From positions 1-31,895 of the IMG/VR virus record IMGVR_UViG_3300006919_000235: a DNA stretch of 31,895 nucleotides; one strand, written 5' to 3'. Shown in pieces: positions 19,910 through 27,958 of the stretch. A program made the position numbers and the translations under genes. The notes under the pieces are model-generated. The model was given only the letters and a program-made list of their open reading frames with translations, did not search any database and had not been told where the DNA came from. Each line of letters opens with the position of its first letter. The first letter of the stretch is position 1. The DNA comes from a virus (lineage: Duplodnaviria > Caudoviricetes).

Positions 19910-19958
19910 ACCTTGTCTGTACAATATTTTTAATATAACTATCCACTAAATTTGTCTG

Positions 19959-19976
19959 TTTACTTGGTGCGTAAAC
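19959..19976 (+). repeat. 18-bp element TTTACTTGGTGCGTAAAC, inverted copy of 31088-31105; forms GTTTAC-N7-GTAAAC palindrome with 19958
   Basis: Its reverse complement GTTTACGCACCAAGTAAA occurs exactly at 31088-31105. Confidence 0.85.
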
Positions 19977-20282
19977 TTAATTGTATGATTTTTTAAGATG
20001 GTTAATGAAGAACTCATTAATTTTAATTACTTTATCAACTTTTTTAATAATGTCTTTTTTATCTTGATATCTTTCAGGATGTAAGAAAGCATCAAACTTT
20101 GTGTTTTCTAATTGTCTTTTAATACGATATAAGTCTTTTAAGTCTGTTTTAGTGTCTGTAATAAATTTTCGTCTATATTTTGTTCTTTCTATTTGTTGTT
20201 GATATTTTTCGTATTCAATATCATCCATTTTTTGTTGCATATACTCAGCGTATAATTCACTATCATTTCCTACTTTACTCAT
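19977..20282 (-). CDS. Hypothetical protein
   Basis: 101 aa ORF, last gene of the minus-strand operon, overlapping the upstream gene's stop. Confidence 0.7.
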   Translation of the reverse strand: MSKVGNDSELYAEYMQQKMDDIEYEKYQQQIERTKYRRKFITDTKTDLKDLYRIKRQLENTKFDAFLHPERYQDKKDIIKKVDKVIKINEFFINHLKKSYN

Positions 20283-20799
20283 TAAACAATACCTCCTGTA
20301 CTGTATGTATGCCTATGCAAACAGCATCTGCATTAGTTAACGTAATTTTATGTTCATCACCTGCCCAATTTTGTGCAAGTGCTTTAAAATATCTTTTTCG
20401 TTCTTGATAATCTTTTGGAATAGATTCTTTACCTCCACCAATAGTAAGTTGCCATTCTCTAGGTAATACTCTTATTATTTCACACCCAAAGGAAGCCGCT
20501 ATACCTAACCACATTCCATAGTTTTTACCAAAAGCAAAAGCACCTCTTTCATACGGACGACTCCATACCCTTTCAATTACGACTTTAGGTGTCGATTCGG
20601 AACTAATATCAATTTCATTACGAGTTGTTGATACAGAGTCGCCCATACATTCTTTAAATACTTCTGCTAAATCATTTTCGTCCCTGGAGGATGGACAATT
20701 ACTGGTAGATTGGAGGTATATGTGATTACGATGGTATTCGAAAACAGCAATCGCTCCATTCCATCCAGGGTCTATACTTAATAGTTTATTTGTTTTCAT
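20275..20799 (-). CDS. RuvC-like Holliday junction resolvase
   Basis: LSIDPG..GAIA, VVIERV, AFAFG..YG, P.EWQ and ADA..IG motifs of phage RuvC-like nucleases. Confidence 0.8.
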   Translation of the reverse strand: MKTNKLLSIDPGWNGAIAVFEYHRNHIYLQSTSNCPSSRDENDLAEVFKECMGDSVSTTRNEIDISSESTPKVVIERVWSRPYERGAFAFGKNYGMWLGIAASFGCEIIRVLPREWQLTIGGGKESIPKDYQERKRYFKALAQNWAGDEHKITLTNADAVCIGIHTVQEVLFNE

Positions 20800-22148
20800 T
20801 ATTCCTTATACTTAGACATTACACTAATAGCTTCTGTTCTATCAAAGTAAACGCTACATTTATCTCCATTGAAGCCCATAGTATAACTACCTAATTGACC
20901 ATATCTAGCCTTTTGACAAATAATCTCAGACTCATATCTATCATTTTCTCTATCATCTACCGCATAAGGATAGTAAACAAAGAACGCCGCTTCAGCAGTT
21001 TGTTCAATTACACCACTTTCCGCAAAGTCTGATAGTTTTGGTCTAGGGTCTATACGTCTTTCAATTTCCCTATTTAATTGAGATACTAATATAGCACTAC
21101 AATTGATTTTCTTACAAATCCACTTATAATCTAACATAATATCTTCAATTTCAAAACGTCTATCTTTATTACTACTATTATCTGTACGAATAAGTTGAAT
21201 ATAGTCATCAAGAACAACATCTGGTTTCTCTTTAGCTATCTCTTTCATAGCATCTGCAAGAGTTTTACAATCATCGTGCATTATAAGATTTTTGTATTTT
21301 TCACCTAATCTTTCTTTTGCTAATGCAATCTTACTAATTTCAGTATCAATGTTTCCAGCTTTACGAATCTTTTCATAACTAAATTCTGGAAACTCCATAA
21401 CTAATATCTTTTTCATCATTTCAACATTAGTCATCTCACGATTAAATAACATTACTTTAAAGCCTTGTTCTAATAATCGTTTTACAATATTAATTACAAG
21501 CGTTGTTTTACCGTGTCCTGGTCTACCACCAAGAACTGTAACTTCACTTCTAGTCATACCACCTGCTGCTTTATCAAGCTGTTCAATGCCAAATGGTATT
21601 AGATTACTACCTGTTTTCAATGTTTCTATTGTATCGCCAATAATATCTTCAGTTTCTACAGTTTTATTAGGTGTAGTATCTTTCAAATCTTCAATGGCTT
21701 TTTCGTGTTGATGAATAATTTCTAAGACATCTTTCTTATTATTCATACTTGCATTGAATAGTAATCTTGAACTATGAATTACTTTGCGTTGTATAAATTT
21801 CATCCATACGTCTTTAGCATAGGCTTCAACGTGATGGGTATGTGGAACCATTTCTGTTAATCCACTCAAGAAATGTATTGATACATCTGCTTTATTGTCC
21901 TTTAGCTCTCCGCTTACTGTAACCAAGTCAATTGCAGTATCATTCTTGTATAGATTATGAAAAGCGTTCCATATTATTTTGTGTTTATCTGTGTAAAATG
22001 CTTCTGGGTTTCTTATATGTGTTTTTGCTTGTTCAAATAATTCATTTCCCTTTAATAGAATACAACCTAATACTGCAATTTCAGCCTCTTCATTTTTAGG
22101 CATTTCATGCATATCAGTTAGTTCTTTAAAGTCTTTCTTATCAGACAT
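20799..22148 (-). CDS. dnaB: Replicative DNA helicase, DnaB family
   Basis: N-terminal P.N.EAE.AVLG, Walker A GGRPGHGKTT, DDYIQL, SQLNR, RP.LSD..ESG.IEQ.A, KARYG. Confidence 0.95.
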   Translation of the reverse strand: MSDKKDFKELTDMHEMPKNEEAEIAVLGCILLKGNELFEQAKTHIRNPEAFYTDKHKIIWNAFHNLYKNDTAIDLVTVSGELKDNKADVSIHFLSGLTEMVPHTHHVEAYAKDVWMKFIQRKVIHSSRLLFNASMNNKKDVLEIIHQHEKAIEDLKDTTPNKTVETEDIIGDTIETLKTGSNLIPFGIEQLDKAAGGMTRSEVTVLGGRPGHGKTTLVINIVKRLLEQGFKVMLFNREMTNVEMMKKILVMEFPEFSYEKIRKAGNIDTEISKIALAKERLGEKYKNLIMHDDCKTLADAMKEIAKEKPDVVLDDYIQLIRTDNSSNKDRRFEIEDIMLDYKWICKKINCSAILVSQLNREIERRIDPRPKLSDFAESGVIEQTAEAAFFVYYPYAVDDRENDRYESEIICQKARYGQLGSYTMGFNGDKCSVYFDRTEAISVMSKYKE

Positions 22149-22156
22149 ATTTCCTC

Positions 22157-22990
22157 CTAATCATCAAATAAGCTAATTTGTTCTTTTTTTGGTATATAAT
22201 TTGTAATCACGATTTCATTCTTTTCTTCATCGCTATGTAATTGACCAGCATATTTAATTGATATTGTATCAATATTATAATATCTATACATTTCCCAAAT
22301 CTCAGGTCTATCATCATAAGATACCATAAACTTTCCCCCGCCTTTATCTATATTGTCGCAGATTTGTTTTAAGTCTATATGGTCTTGCTCTGTAAACGAA
22401 TGTATGTAGTAATCATTTCTATCTGTAGCCGCCCAATAAGGTGGGTCCAAATACCACATATCATCTTCATTTGGTTTATACTTGTCAATTAACTTTCTAA
22501 AATCCATATTTTCAATAAATACATCATTTAGCTTTTTTCTACTTGCTTCTAAGCCATCCAGTATTTCATCATTCCATTTAGCCGCATTTGATAGTGGCAA
22601 ATATGGGTTTTTGTTAAAAGCAGTTTTTAATACAAAAAAGTATGATGCCGCTCTTTTGTAATCTGGATATTGTGTTAGTGTTGTGTTGTGTATCTCTTTT
22701 CTAAAGTTTTCGTGAAGAGTTCTAGATAACAGAATGTGTTTACAATAGTATCTAAATTTATCGAAATCCTCCGCAACTGAAATATACAAATTAATTATAT
22801 CATTATGCAAGTCATTTAATATATTTATTTGCGCTTTGTTTTTGCGGAAGAACATACTCCCACCACCAAGAAATACTTCAATATATCGTTTATGACTATG
22901 TAGCATAGGAACAAGTTGTCTTGATAAAGAAAACTTACCTCCGTAATATGGAAATATAGTTGGACAATCATCTTTCATTAATCCCTCCAA
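22157..22990 (-). CDS. DNA adenine methyltransferase, Dam/D12 class
   Basis: PYYGGK, YIEVFLGGGS, NDL and catalytic YLDPPY motifs. Confidence 0.9.
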   Translation of the reverse strand: MEGLMKDDCPTIFPYYGGKFSLSRQLVPMLHSHKRYIEVFLGGGSMFFRKNKAQINILNDLHNDIINLYISVAEDFDKFRYYCKHILLSRTLHENFRKEIHNTTLTQYPDYKRAASYFFVLKTAFNKNPYLPLSNAAKWNDEILDGLEASRKKLNDVFIENMDFRKLIDKYKPNEDDMWYLDPPYWAATDRNDYYIHSFTEQDHIDLKQICDNIDKGGGKFMVSYDDRPEIWEMYRYYNIDTISIKYAGQLHSDEEKNEIVITNYIPKKEQISLFDD

Positions 22991-23214
22991 CAGTTATCAC
23001 ATAAAGCATCACCGCTTTTGTGTTGACTCCAAAACATTTGGTCTTTTTCGTTCATATATTCCCACCAATTTAAATCATCTGAATATTCTAATACACCACA
23101 TTCATCACAAGTATTTAAATCAGTGTTATCTATTATATAAGATATTGCTTCAGATATATGTTTTGGATTATTACTTCTTGTTTTTAATCCTACCATATCT
23201 TTTTCAACTATCAT
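22978..23214 (-). CDS. Small Zn-finger protein
   Basis: CDEC...CDNC pairs in 78 aa; GGAGG-type RBS. Confidence 0.6.
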   Translation of the reverse strand: MIVEKDMVGLKTRSNNPKHISEAISYIIDNTDLNTCDECGVLEYSDDLNWWEYMNEKDQMFWSQHKSGDALCDNCWRD

Positions 23215-23605
23215 CTTTAACCTCTTCTAGTTCAGTATGACCAGATTCATCCCAGCTTTTATTATCTAAACCATGCATTTTTAGCCACATATTTTTATAT
23301 GATGAATTACTTTCTACACCTACTGGTAAACAAGAAGTACATATTCCTTCTTTTTTAAGTTTCTTTTGACGTTTTTCATCCATACCAATGTGTAAAGCAC
23401 CTGGACCATTACCTTCATCATCCATTCCTACAAAGAATGCATCACCTTTGTCTGTAACAAATACTAATCCAGTTCCTTCTTCTGGATAGTCTTCATCCCA
23501 TTCTTGCCACCATACATTTTCAATAGTTCTACCCATAAGTAATTTCTGTGCTGAATCATACCACATTTTAGTTCTATCGTATTTTTGTTTTAATGTTTCT
23601 TCCAT
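23204..23605 (-). CDS. Hypothetical phage protein with DDEGNGPG motif
   Basis: 133 aa ORF with AGGAGG RBS. Confidence 0.7.
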   Translation of the reverse strand: MEETLKQKYDRTKMWYDSAQKLLMGRTIENVWWQEWDEDYPEEGTGLVFVTDKGDAFFVGMDDEGNGPGALHIGMDEKRQKKLKKEGICTSCLPVGVESNSSYKNMWLKMHGLDNKSWDESGHTELEEVKDDS

Positions 23606-23614
23606 ATTTTCCTC

Positions 23615-24478
23615 CTAAAATATGTATCTTATTTCTTGCCACGGAACGTGTCGTTTCATAGCATTACGAAATGCGTTTATATAATGTCTTTTAATATCGT
23701 GTTTATATCTGATATTACGACCTCCATATTGACTTGTTTTAGCTTCTTGCAATTCACTTCTCCATAATAAGTTTTCGCCTTCTACGCCTTCTGTAAGATT
23801 AAACTTATGCATATCTTCGTTGTGGGTTAAGAAAATGCATTCTGCCTTTACTTTATGCTTAAACAAGTTATGTACGTGCGTATCTACTAAGTCAAATAAT
23901 TCTGCATATGCTTTTTTAGAATTTTCATATACTATTATTGGTGAGTAATTTACGTGTACATCATAACCAGCTTCTATAAAATCATTAATAGCTTTTATCC
24001 TATCTATAATTTTACTTGTTCCTGGTTCTAGTTTATCAGACAACTCTTGTGGCATTAGACTAAATCTAATACGAACTTTCTGTAAAGGGTTGAAAGATAA
24101 TAAGTCATTGTTTACATATTTTGTTGCTGCAGTACCCATAATCTGTTCGTTATGTTTAAATACACCAAACAACTTTTTCCAATCGTGATACTTTGCGTGT
24201 AATACATAATCTTCATTGCAACTAAAATCATATGTATAATATGTTTCGTGTGTTTGATTTGGTGTTTTTGGGTAAGGTAGTGTAATACTGTGTTGTATAA
24301 TAGCTTTTATTATATCATCTGTATTATCAGCAATCGTTACACCAGACTTTACGTGTCTTCTCATATAACAATAATTACATTTAAATAAGCAACCGTATCC
24401 AAAACTAGGTGTAATAAAATCACTACTTCTACCAGACTCTCTAATTAACATAGATTTACGATTAACTCTTTTTATCAT
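23615..24478 (-). CDS. splB: Spore photoproduct lyase-like radical SAM protein
   Basis: SSDFI.P...GC...CNYCY (CxxxCxxC), DFSCNED (position of the SPL H-donor Cys), ATK, R.RFSL.P, EPGT..I..RI.A. Confidence 0.85.
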   Translation of the reverse strand: MIKRVNRKSMLIRESGRSSDFITPSFGYGCLFKCNYCYMRRHVKSGVTIADNTDDIIKAIIQHSITLPYPKTPNQTHETYYTYDFSCNEDYVLHAKYHDWKKLFGVFKHNEQIMGTAATKYVNNDLLSFNPLQKVRIRFSLMPQELSDKLEPGTSKIIDRIKAINDFIEAGYDVHVNYSPIIVYENSKKAYAELFDLVDTHVHNLFKHKVKAECIFLTHNEDMHKFNLTEGVEGENLLWRSELQEAKTSQYGGRNIRYKHDIKRHYINAFRNAMKRHVPWQEIRYIF

Positions 24479-24708
24479 TAGAATATTTCCTTTGCGTATA
24501 AGAATGCTTCATCAGCCGTCATATTATCCATAGCATAATCTGCCTGTTTATCAGACCAACCATCTAAATCACCCTGCGTATTAGCCGCACATTGTAACAT
24601 ATGCTGTTCAAATTGATTTCTCATTTCATCGTAATCATATATTCTAATTCCGTTTTCATCTGTTCTATAATTTAGCTTAATAGATATAAATTCCATTTTA
24701 TTTTCCAT
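24478..24708 (-). CDS. Hypothetical protein
   Basis: 76 aa ORF, coupled to neighbours, GGAGG RBS. Confidence 0.65.
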   Translation of the reverse strand: MENKMEFISIKLNYRTDENGIRIYDYDEMRNQFEQHMLQCAANTQGDLDGWSDKQADYAMDNMTADEAFLYAKEIF

Positions 24709-25090
24709 TTTCCCTCCAAGAATTTTTTAATTTATCATCAACTTTTTTCATTTTTTCTACTATTTTTTGATATTTATTAGTATGAAAAATTATATTATTT
24801 TTATTCAAGTGTCCTTCGTGTTTAATACTCCACGCAGTATTTTGTTTAGTATCTTGTATTTCTTGTTTCGTTGGTGTATATGAGATAGGATATTTATCTA
24901 CACCATCTTCATAAAACTCAGCTTCCCTCAAATCAAATATTTTTTCTGGACTTGTTTCTTCTTGACAACTATCACACCAATAACTGCTATCGTCTACAAA
25001 ATCTACAAGTTTTTCTGTATTAATATTTACCCAAGCACTTTGAGAAACATTTTCGCTTTTACAAGATTTACATACAAATTTACTTGTCAT
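24698..25090 (-). CDS. Zn-ribbon protein
   Basis: CKSC.S.NV...WCDSC; GAGGAG RBS. Confidence 0.65.
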   Translation of the reverse strand: MTSKFVCKSCKSENVSQSAWVNINTEKLVDFVDDSSYWCDSCQEETSPEKIFDLREAEFYEDGVDKYPISYTPTKQEIQDTKQNTAWSIKHEGHLNKNNIIFHTNKYQKIVEKMKKVDDKLKNSWRENGK

Positions 25091-25383
25091 ACATCCTCCT
25101 CTACGTGTTCTACTCTAAATTGTTCAATCCAAGTAGATTGATAAGTAGCTCCATATTTTCTAGGTAATCCTGCAAATATCCACCAAGCACGTCCGTACTT
25201 TTGTGCATTTTCTTCAGCTATCTTAAGACCCTCCTCACTCCACGGGTCTACAAATTTAAAGTCTTTTAACCTTTCTTCAAAGCTTTTTTTTGTTTGCATT
25301 TTTTTATATGAAGGGTGCGATTCTTTTTTTAATTTTCCTTCATTTCTACGTTGCCACGCTTGTTCTCTACTATTTAATTTCAT
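25087..25383 (-). CDS. Hypothetical protein
   Basis: 98 aa ORF with GGAG RBS, first gene downstream of the structured non-coding region. Confidence 0.65.
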   Translation of the reverse strand: MKLNSREQAWQRRNEGKLKKESHPSYKKMQTKKSFEERLKDFKFVDPWSEEGLKIAEENAQKYGRAWWIFAGLPRKYGATYQSTWIEQFRVEHVEEDV

Positions 25384-25400
25384 TTTATCTCCAAAGGTTT

Positions 25401-25889
25401 AGGGTAATAATACCTCACGGTGACGGCTTTACATATTACCCTGTTATGTAGCTAGTTTCGGTTTCCATGGACTTTATGCAAGACTCACCTTCTGTTGCTA
25501 CTTCTAATTTTTTAGAAAGATTCGCTTCAAATTTGAGCTCTAACTCTGTCCCCAACCGATTATATTAAAGGTATCGCCCTAGGGTTCGGTCCGTCATTGA
25601 GTTTTACAATATGGTATTTCTCCATATCAACTTTCTAATTCTTTAGGCGGCTTATAAACTCTAGAGTCTACTGGCTAATCCATCACCGCCCAATTTAACT
25701 ACAGAATAAGGCAAAACCTTGTGTACCTGGTATTAAATAGTTATCGGCTTCAACTATCACAAGGAATGATTATATGTGCGTCTTCTGTAGTTTTACTAGC
25801 AAGAGAATAGACTTTGTAGAGAGGGTCACGCTACGTTCTCTATATGACTTCTGTACAGTAGCCAGTCTCTATCAAGTGGTCTATATCTC
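25401..25889 (-). ncRNA. Candidate structured ncRNA, or array of six tandem stem-loop domains
   Basis: Closing stems: 25401-09/25434-42, 25448-52/25497-501, 25512-19/25631-38, 25646-50/25686-90, 25697-706/25783-92, 25803-12/25879-89, with nested inner helices. A/C mismatches on + become G-U pairs on the minus strand. Confidence 0.65.
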
Positions 25890-25913
25890 AGGGACCTTTT
25901 ACGTTTCAGGAAC

Positions 25914-26699
25914 CTACGCTCTTGCTAATCTTGTTATTGTAGGATATATCTGATTTTCCATAATATGAACAGATTCTCTATCACGATTTGTAGAATGTGT
26001 GGACACATATGTAGCCGCATTCAATAAATCCCAATAATTATTCATATCGTTATTCAAAACATATCTAGTAAACTCTTCAAGGTATACACTTGGCATAAGT
26101 TTACTCATTTCAATAATATGTCTTTTCTTTAACTTGGTATTAATCAGATTAGGAAATTCTGTTTCAAAGATTTCCACTAACATACCTACTGTTCGAGAAA
26201 TATTATCCTCTAATTGGTCAATACTAGTGTTACTATTTTTATGTACTGCTTTTTTACTAGTCAATACATTACCAATAGTTAAACCATTTAAACAAACCAA
26301 TCTAAATGCACCACCCATAATATTAACTGATGTGCTACCATCATAACTATTAGAAACAATTAATTGTGGATTAATTAAATCGCCTTTGTTTACTTTTACT
26401 TCAGTTTTAGGAAAGTTCCACTTCCAGATAGCACGTTGTCCACCAGAAAATGTTTTGGCTTCTACGAGTTCTGTTTGTGTACCTCTTAAAACTTTTTGAA
26501 CTTTGTTGACAACTGACCTATTATCAACAACTTTATATTCTTCAGTCATACAAGACAATACATCTCCTGTATCTTCTCTTATGATGAATTTATGACCTGT
26601 ACCAGTTACTAAAGTTCTTTTCTTTCCTTCAGCTTTCATAAATGTCGCTGGAACTTCTTTAACTGGAAATAGGGTTTCCTCCATTGCTACTATAGACAT
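25914..26699 (-). CDS. DUF932-like phage protein
   Basis: R.DTG.VL....Y..V.N, GG, and NSYDGS.S.....GAFRLVCLNGL...H signature. Confidence 0.85.
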   Translation of the reverse strand: MSIVAMEETLFPVKEVPATFMKAEGKKRTLVTGTGHKFIIREDTGDVLSCMTEEYKVVDNRSVVNKVQKVLRGTQTELVEAKTFSGGQRAIWKWNFPKTEVKVNKGDLINPQLIVSNSYDGSTSVNIMGGAFRLVCLNGLTIGNVLTSKKAVHKNSNTSIDQLEDNISRTVGMLVEIFETEFPNLINTKLKKRHIIEMSKLMPSVYLEEFTRYVLNNDMNNYWDLLNAATYVSTHSTNRDRESVHIMENQIYPTITRLARA

Positions 26700-27081
26700 T
26701 TTTATACTCTCCTCTTTCTACTTTTACTCTTTTTGGTGTTTTACCAAAACGTTTAATTTCATTTTCTAACATCTTAGTTCTATTTGCGTATCCATCAATA
26801 ATCATTCTTTGCAAATAAGCAAATCCTTTGCCTTTATATGCGTGTTCATCTGTTATATAATTATGTATAACCTTTTCAACTGCATCATCAGGTATCTTTG
26901 ATATTGCCTGTAAGAAATAAAATGTTTTCTGGTTATCTTTATCAGAAGGTATTTCTTTTCTAATTAAGCGTATCACATCTTTTAATTTTTCGTTATGTGT
27001 TCTTGCTTCTATTAGTTCGATAATTCTTCTTTGTGGATTATATTTTCTTCCGTTAATATGTCCACAACATTCACATTTCAT
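26659..27081 (-). CDS. Hypothetical protein with N-terminal CxxC, possibly a replication accessory
   Basis: 140 aa ORF, MKCECCG, helical body with GKGFAYL; function inferred only from context. Confidence 0.6.
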   Translation of the reverse strand: MKCECCGHINGRKYNPQRRIIELIEARTHNEKLKDVIRLIRKEIPSDKDNQKTFYFLQAISKIPDDAVEKVIHNYITDEHAYKGKGFAYLQRMIIDGYANRTKMLENEIKRFGKTPKRVKVERGEYKNVYSSNGGNPISS

Positions 27082-27305
27082 AATGGTTTTACTTCGGTTT
27101 TATTAGACCAAGTATGTTTACCGCTATAATAAGAATCGTGCATATTATACCACTCATTATTTATTTTACTCAAAATAACTACATCGCAATTAATTCCCTT
27201 ATCTACTAACATTACGGTAAGACCATTTACTTCACATTTACTTCCAACTGGTAAGTCTTTTAAATATACTAATCCTTTCTTTGGAACTGGTTTCCATTCA
27301 GTCAT
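27078..27305 (-). CDS. Hypothetical protein
   Basis: ORF-track 79 aa; start moved to MTEWK after a GAGGT RBS. Confidence 0.6.
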   Translation of the reverse strand: MTEWKPVPKKGLVYLKDLPVGSKCEVNGLTVMLVDKGINCDVVILSKINNEWYNMHDSYYSGKHTWSNKTEVKPL

Positions 27306-27537
27306 CGCATACCTCACAATTAGGATTTACAATTGATAAATCCATTGATTTTCTACTATCTAATAATTGACGTTTTCTTCTTTCAGTCTTTACAAGTTCT
27401 TGTATTACTAAGAAATCATCTGTTAGTTTTTTAATTGGTTGTTTGTGTTCACCATTTAAGGTGGTGTTTGTTAAGCATTCTGCAAGTAAGTTTATTTCAC
27501 TATCGCTTAATTTAATTGTTATTACTGCTTCGTTCAT
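27298..27537 (-). CDS. Hypothetical protein with C-terminal CxxC
   Basis: Start MNEAV at 27537 after AAGGA; ends NPNCEVCDD. Confidence 0.6.
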   Translation of the reverse strand: MNEAVITIKLSDSEINLLAECLTNTTLNGEHKQPIKKLTDDFLVIQELVKTERRKRQLLDSRKSMDLSIVNPNCEVCDD

Positions 27538-27691
27538 TGCGTTTTTCCTTCGCCCATTCAATTTGCACAATATCGTCTATTAAATCTTTTTCACTAGAAC
27601 CAATATCCAAACTATCTTTTATTCGTTTTATGATTCCATTCCAAACAGTATTTACACGCAACAATTCTTGTGCTTGTTTAAGTTTATCCAA
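27512..27691 (-). CDS. 59-aa hypothetical protein (TTG start, not in ORF track)
   Basis: AAGGAGG RBS then TTG: MDKLKQAQELLRVNTVWNGIIKRIKDSLDIGSSEKDLIDDIVQIEWAKEKRNERSSNNN*. Confidence 0.7.
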   Translation of the reverse strand: MDKLKQAQELLRVNTVWNGIIKRIKDSLDIGSSEKDLIDDIVQIEWAKEKRNERSSNNN

Positions 27692-27701
27692 AATTCCTCC
27701 T

Positions 27702-27954
27702 TTTATACGAGGGCTCTAAGTAGCCATACCAGTATTTACATGACCAGGAATATCCTGGTTAATCTCAATACGTTGAACCCTCATATAAATTACATTTTTT
27801 ACATTATATTTCAAAGAGATAAATGAATCCATCAGATATATTTCATTGTTTATGTGGAGTTTCGCTACCATAGAAGCTCTCTTTAATATTAGACTTGGGG
27901 TCTGTTATATATGAAGATAATCAATTGATTATAGTTCACCGACCCCGCTGTCTA
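27702..27954 (-). ncRNA. Second candidate structured RNA region, three tandem stem-loop domains
   Basis: Stems 27702-16/27775-89 (two G-U pairs on minus strand, inner ACCAGGA/TCCTGGT), 27813-19/27878-84 and 27890-902/27941-54 (inner ATAATCA/TGATTAT). Confidence 0.6.
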
Positions 27955-27958
27955 GTAA

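Noticed and set aside
19966-19993. XerC/D dif-like site (GGTGCGTAAAC TTAATT GTATGATTTTT)
   Set aside because: Only the GGTGCG start resembles dif; the XerD arm is poor and the second copy at 31088 has no such arm.
25860-25890. Group I intron R/S-like words (GAGAUAUAGACC, AGAGACUG) on the minus strand
   Set aside because: Wrong order, the S-like word cannot form P7, and the flanking ORFs are not interrupted.
25384-25913. CRISPR or other repeat-spacer guide array, given the Cas4-like gene
   Set aside because: No recurring repeat unit or fixed period; standalone Cas4-like nucleases are common phage recombination exonucleases and no other cas gene is present.
25384-27958. tRNA, tmRNA, hammerhead or pistol ribozyme in the structured gaps
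   Set aside because: No T-loop GTTCRA cloverleaf with acceptor stem, no CUGAnGA...GAAA core, and the TTAAATAG at 25733 lacks the pistol P1/pseudoknot context.
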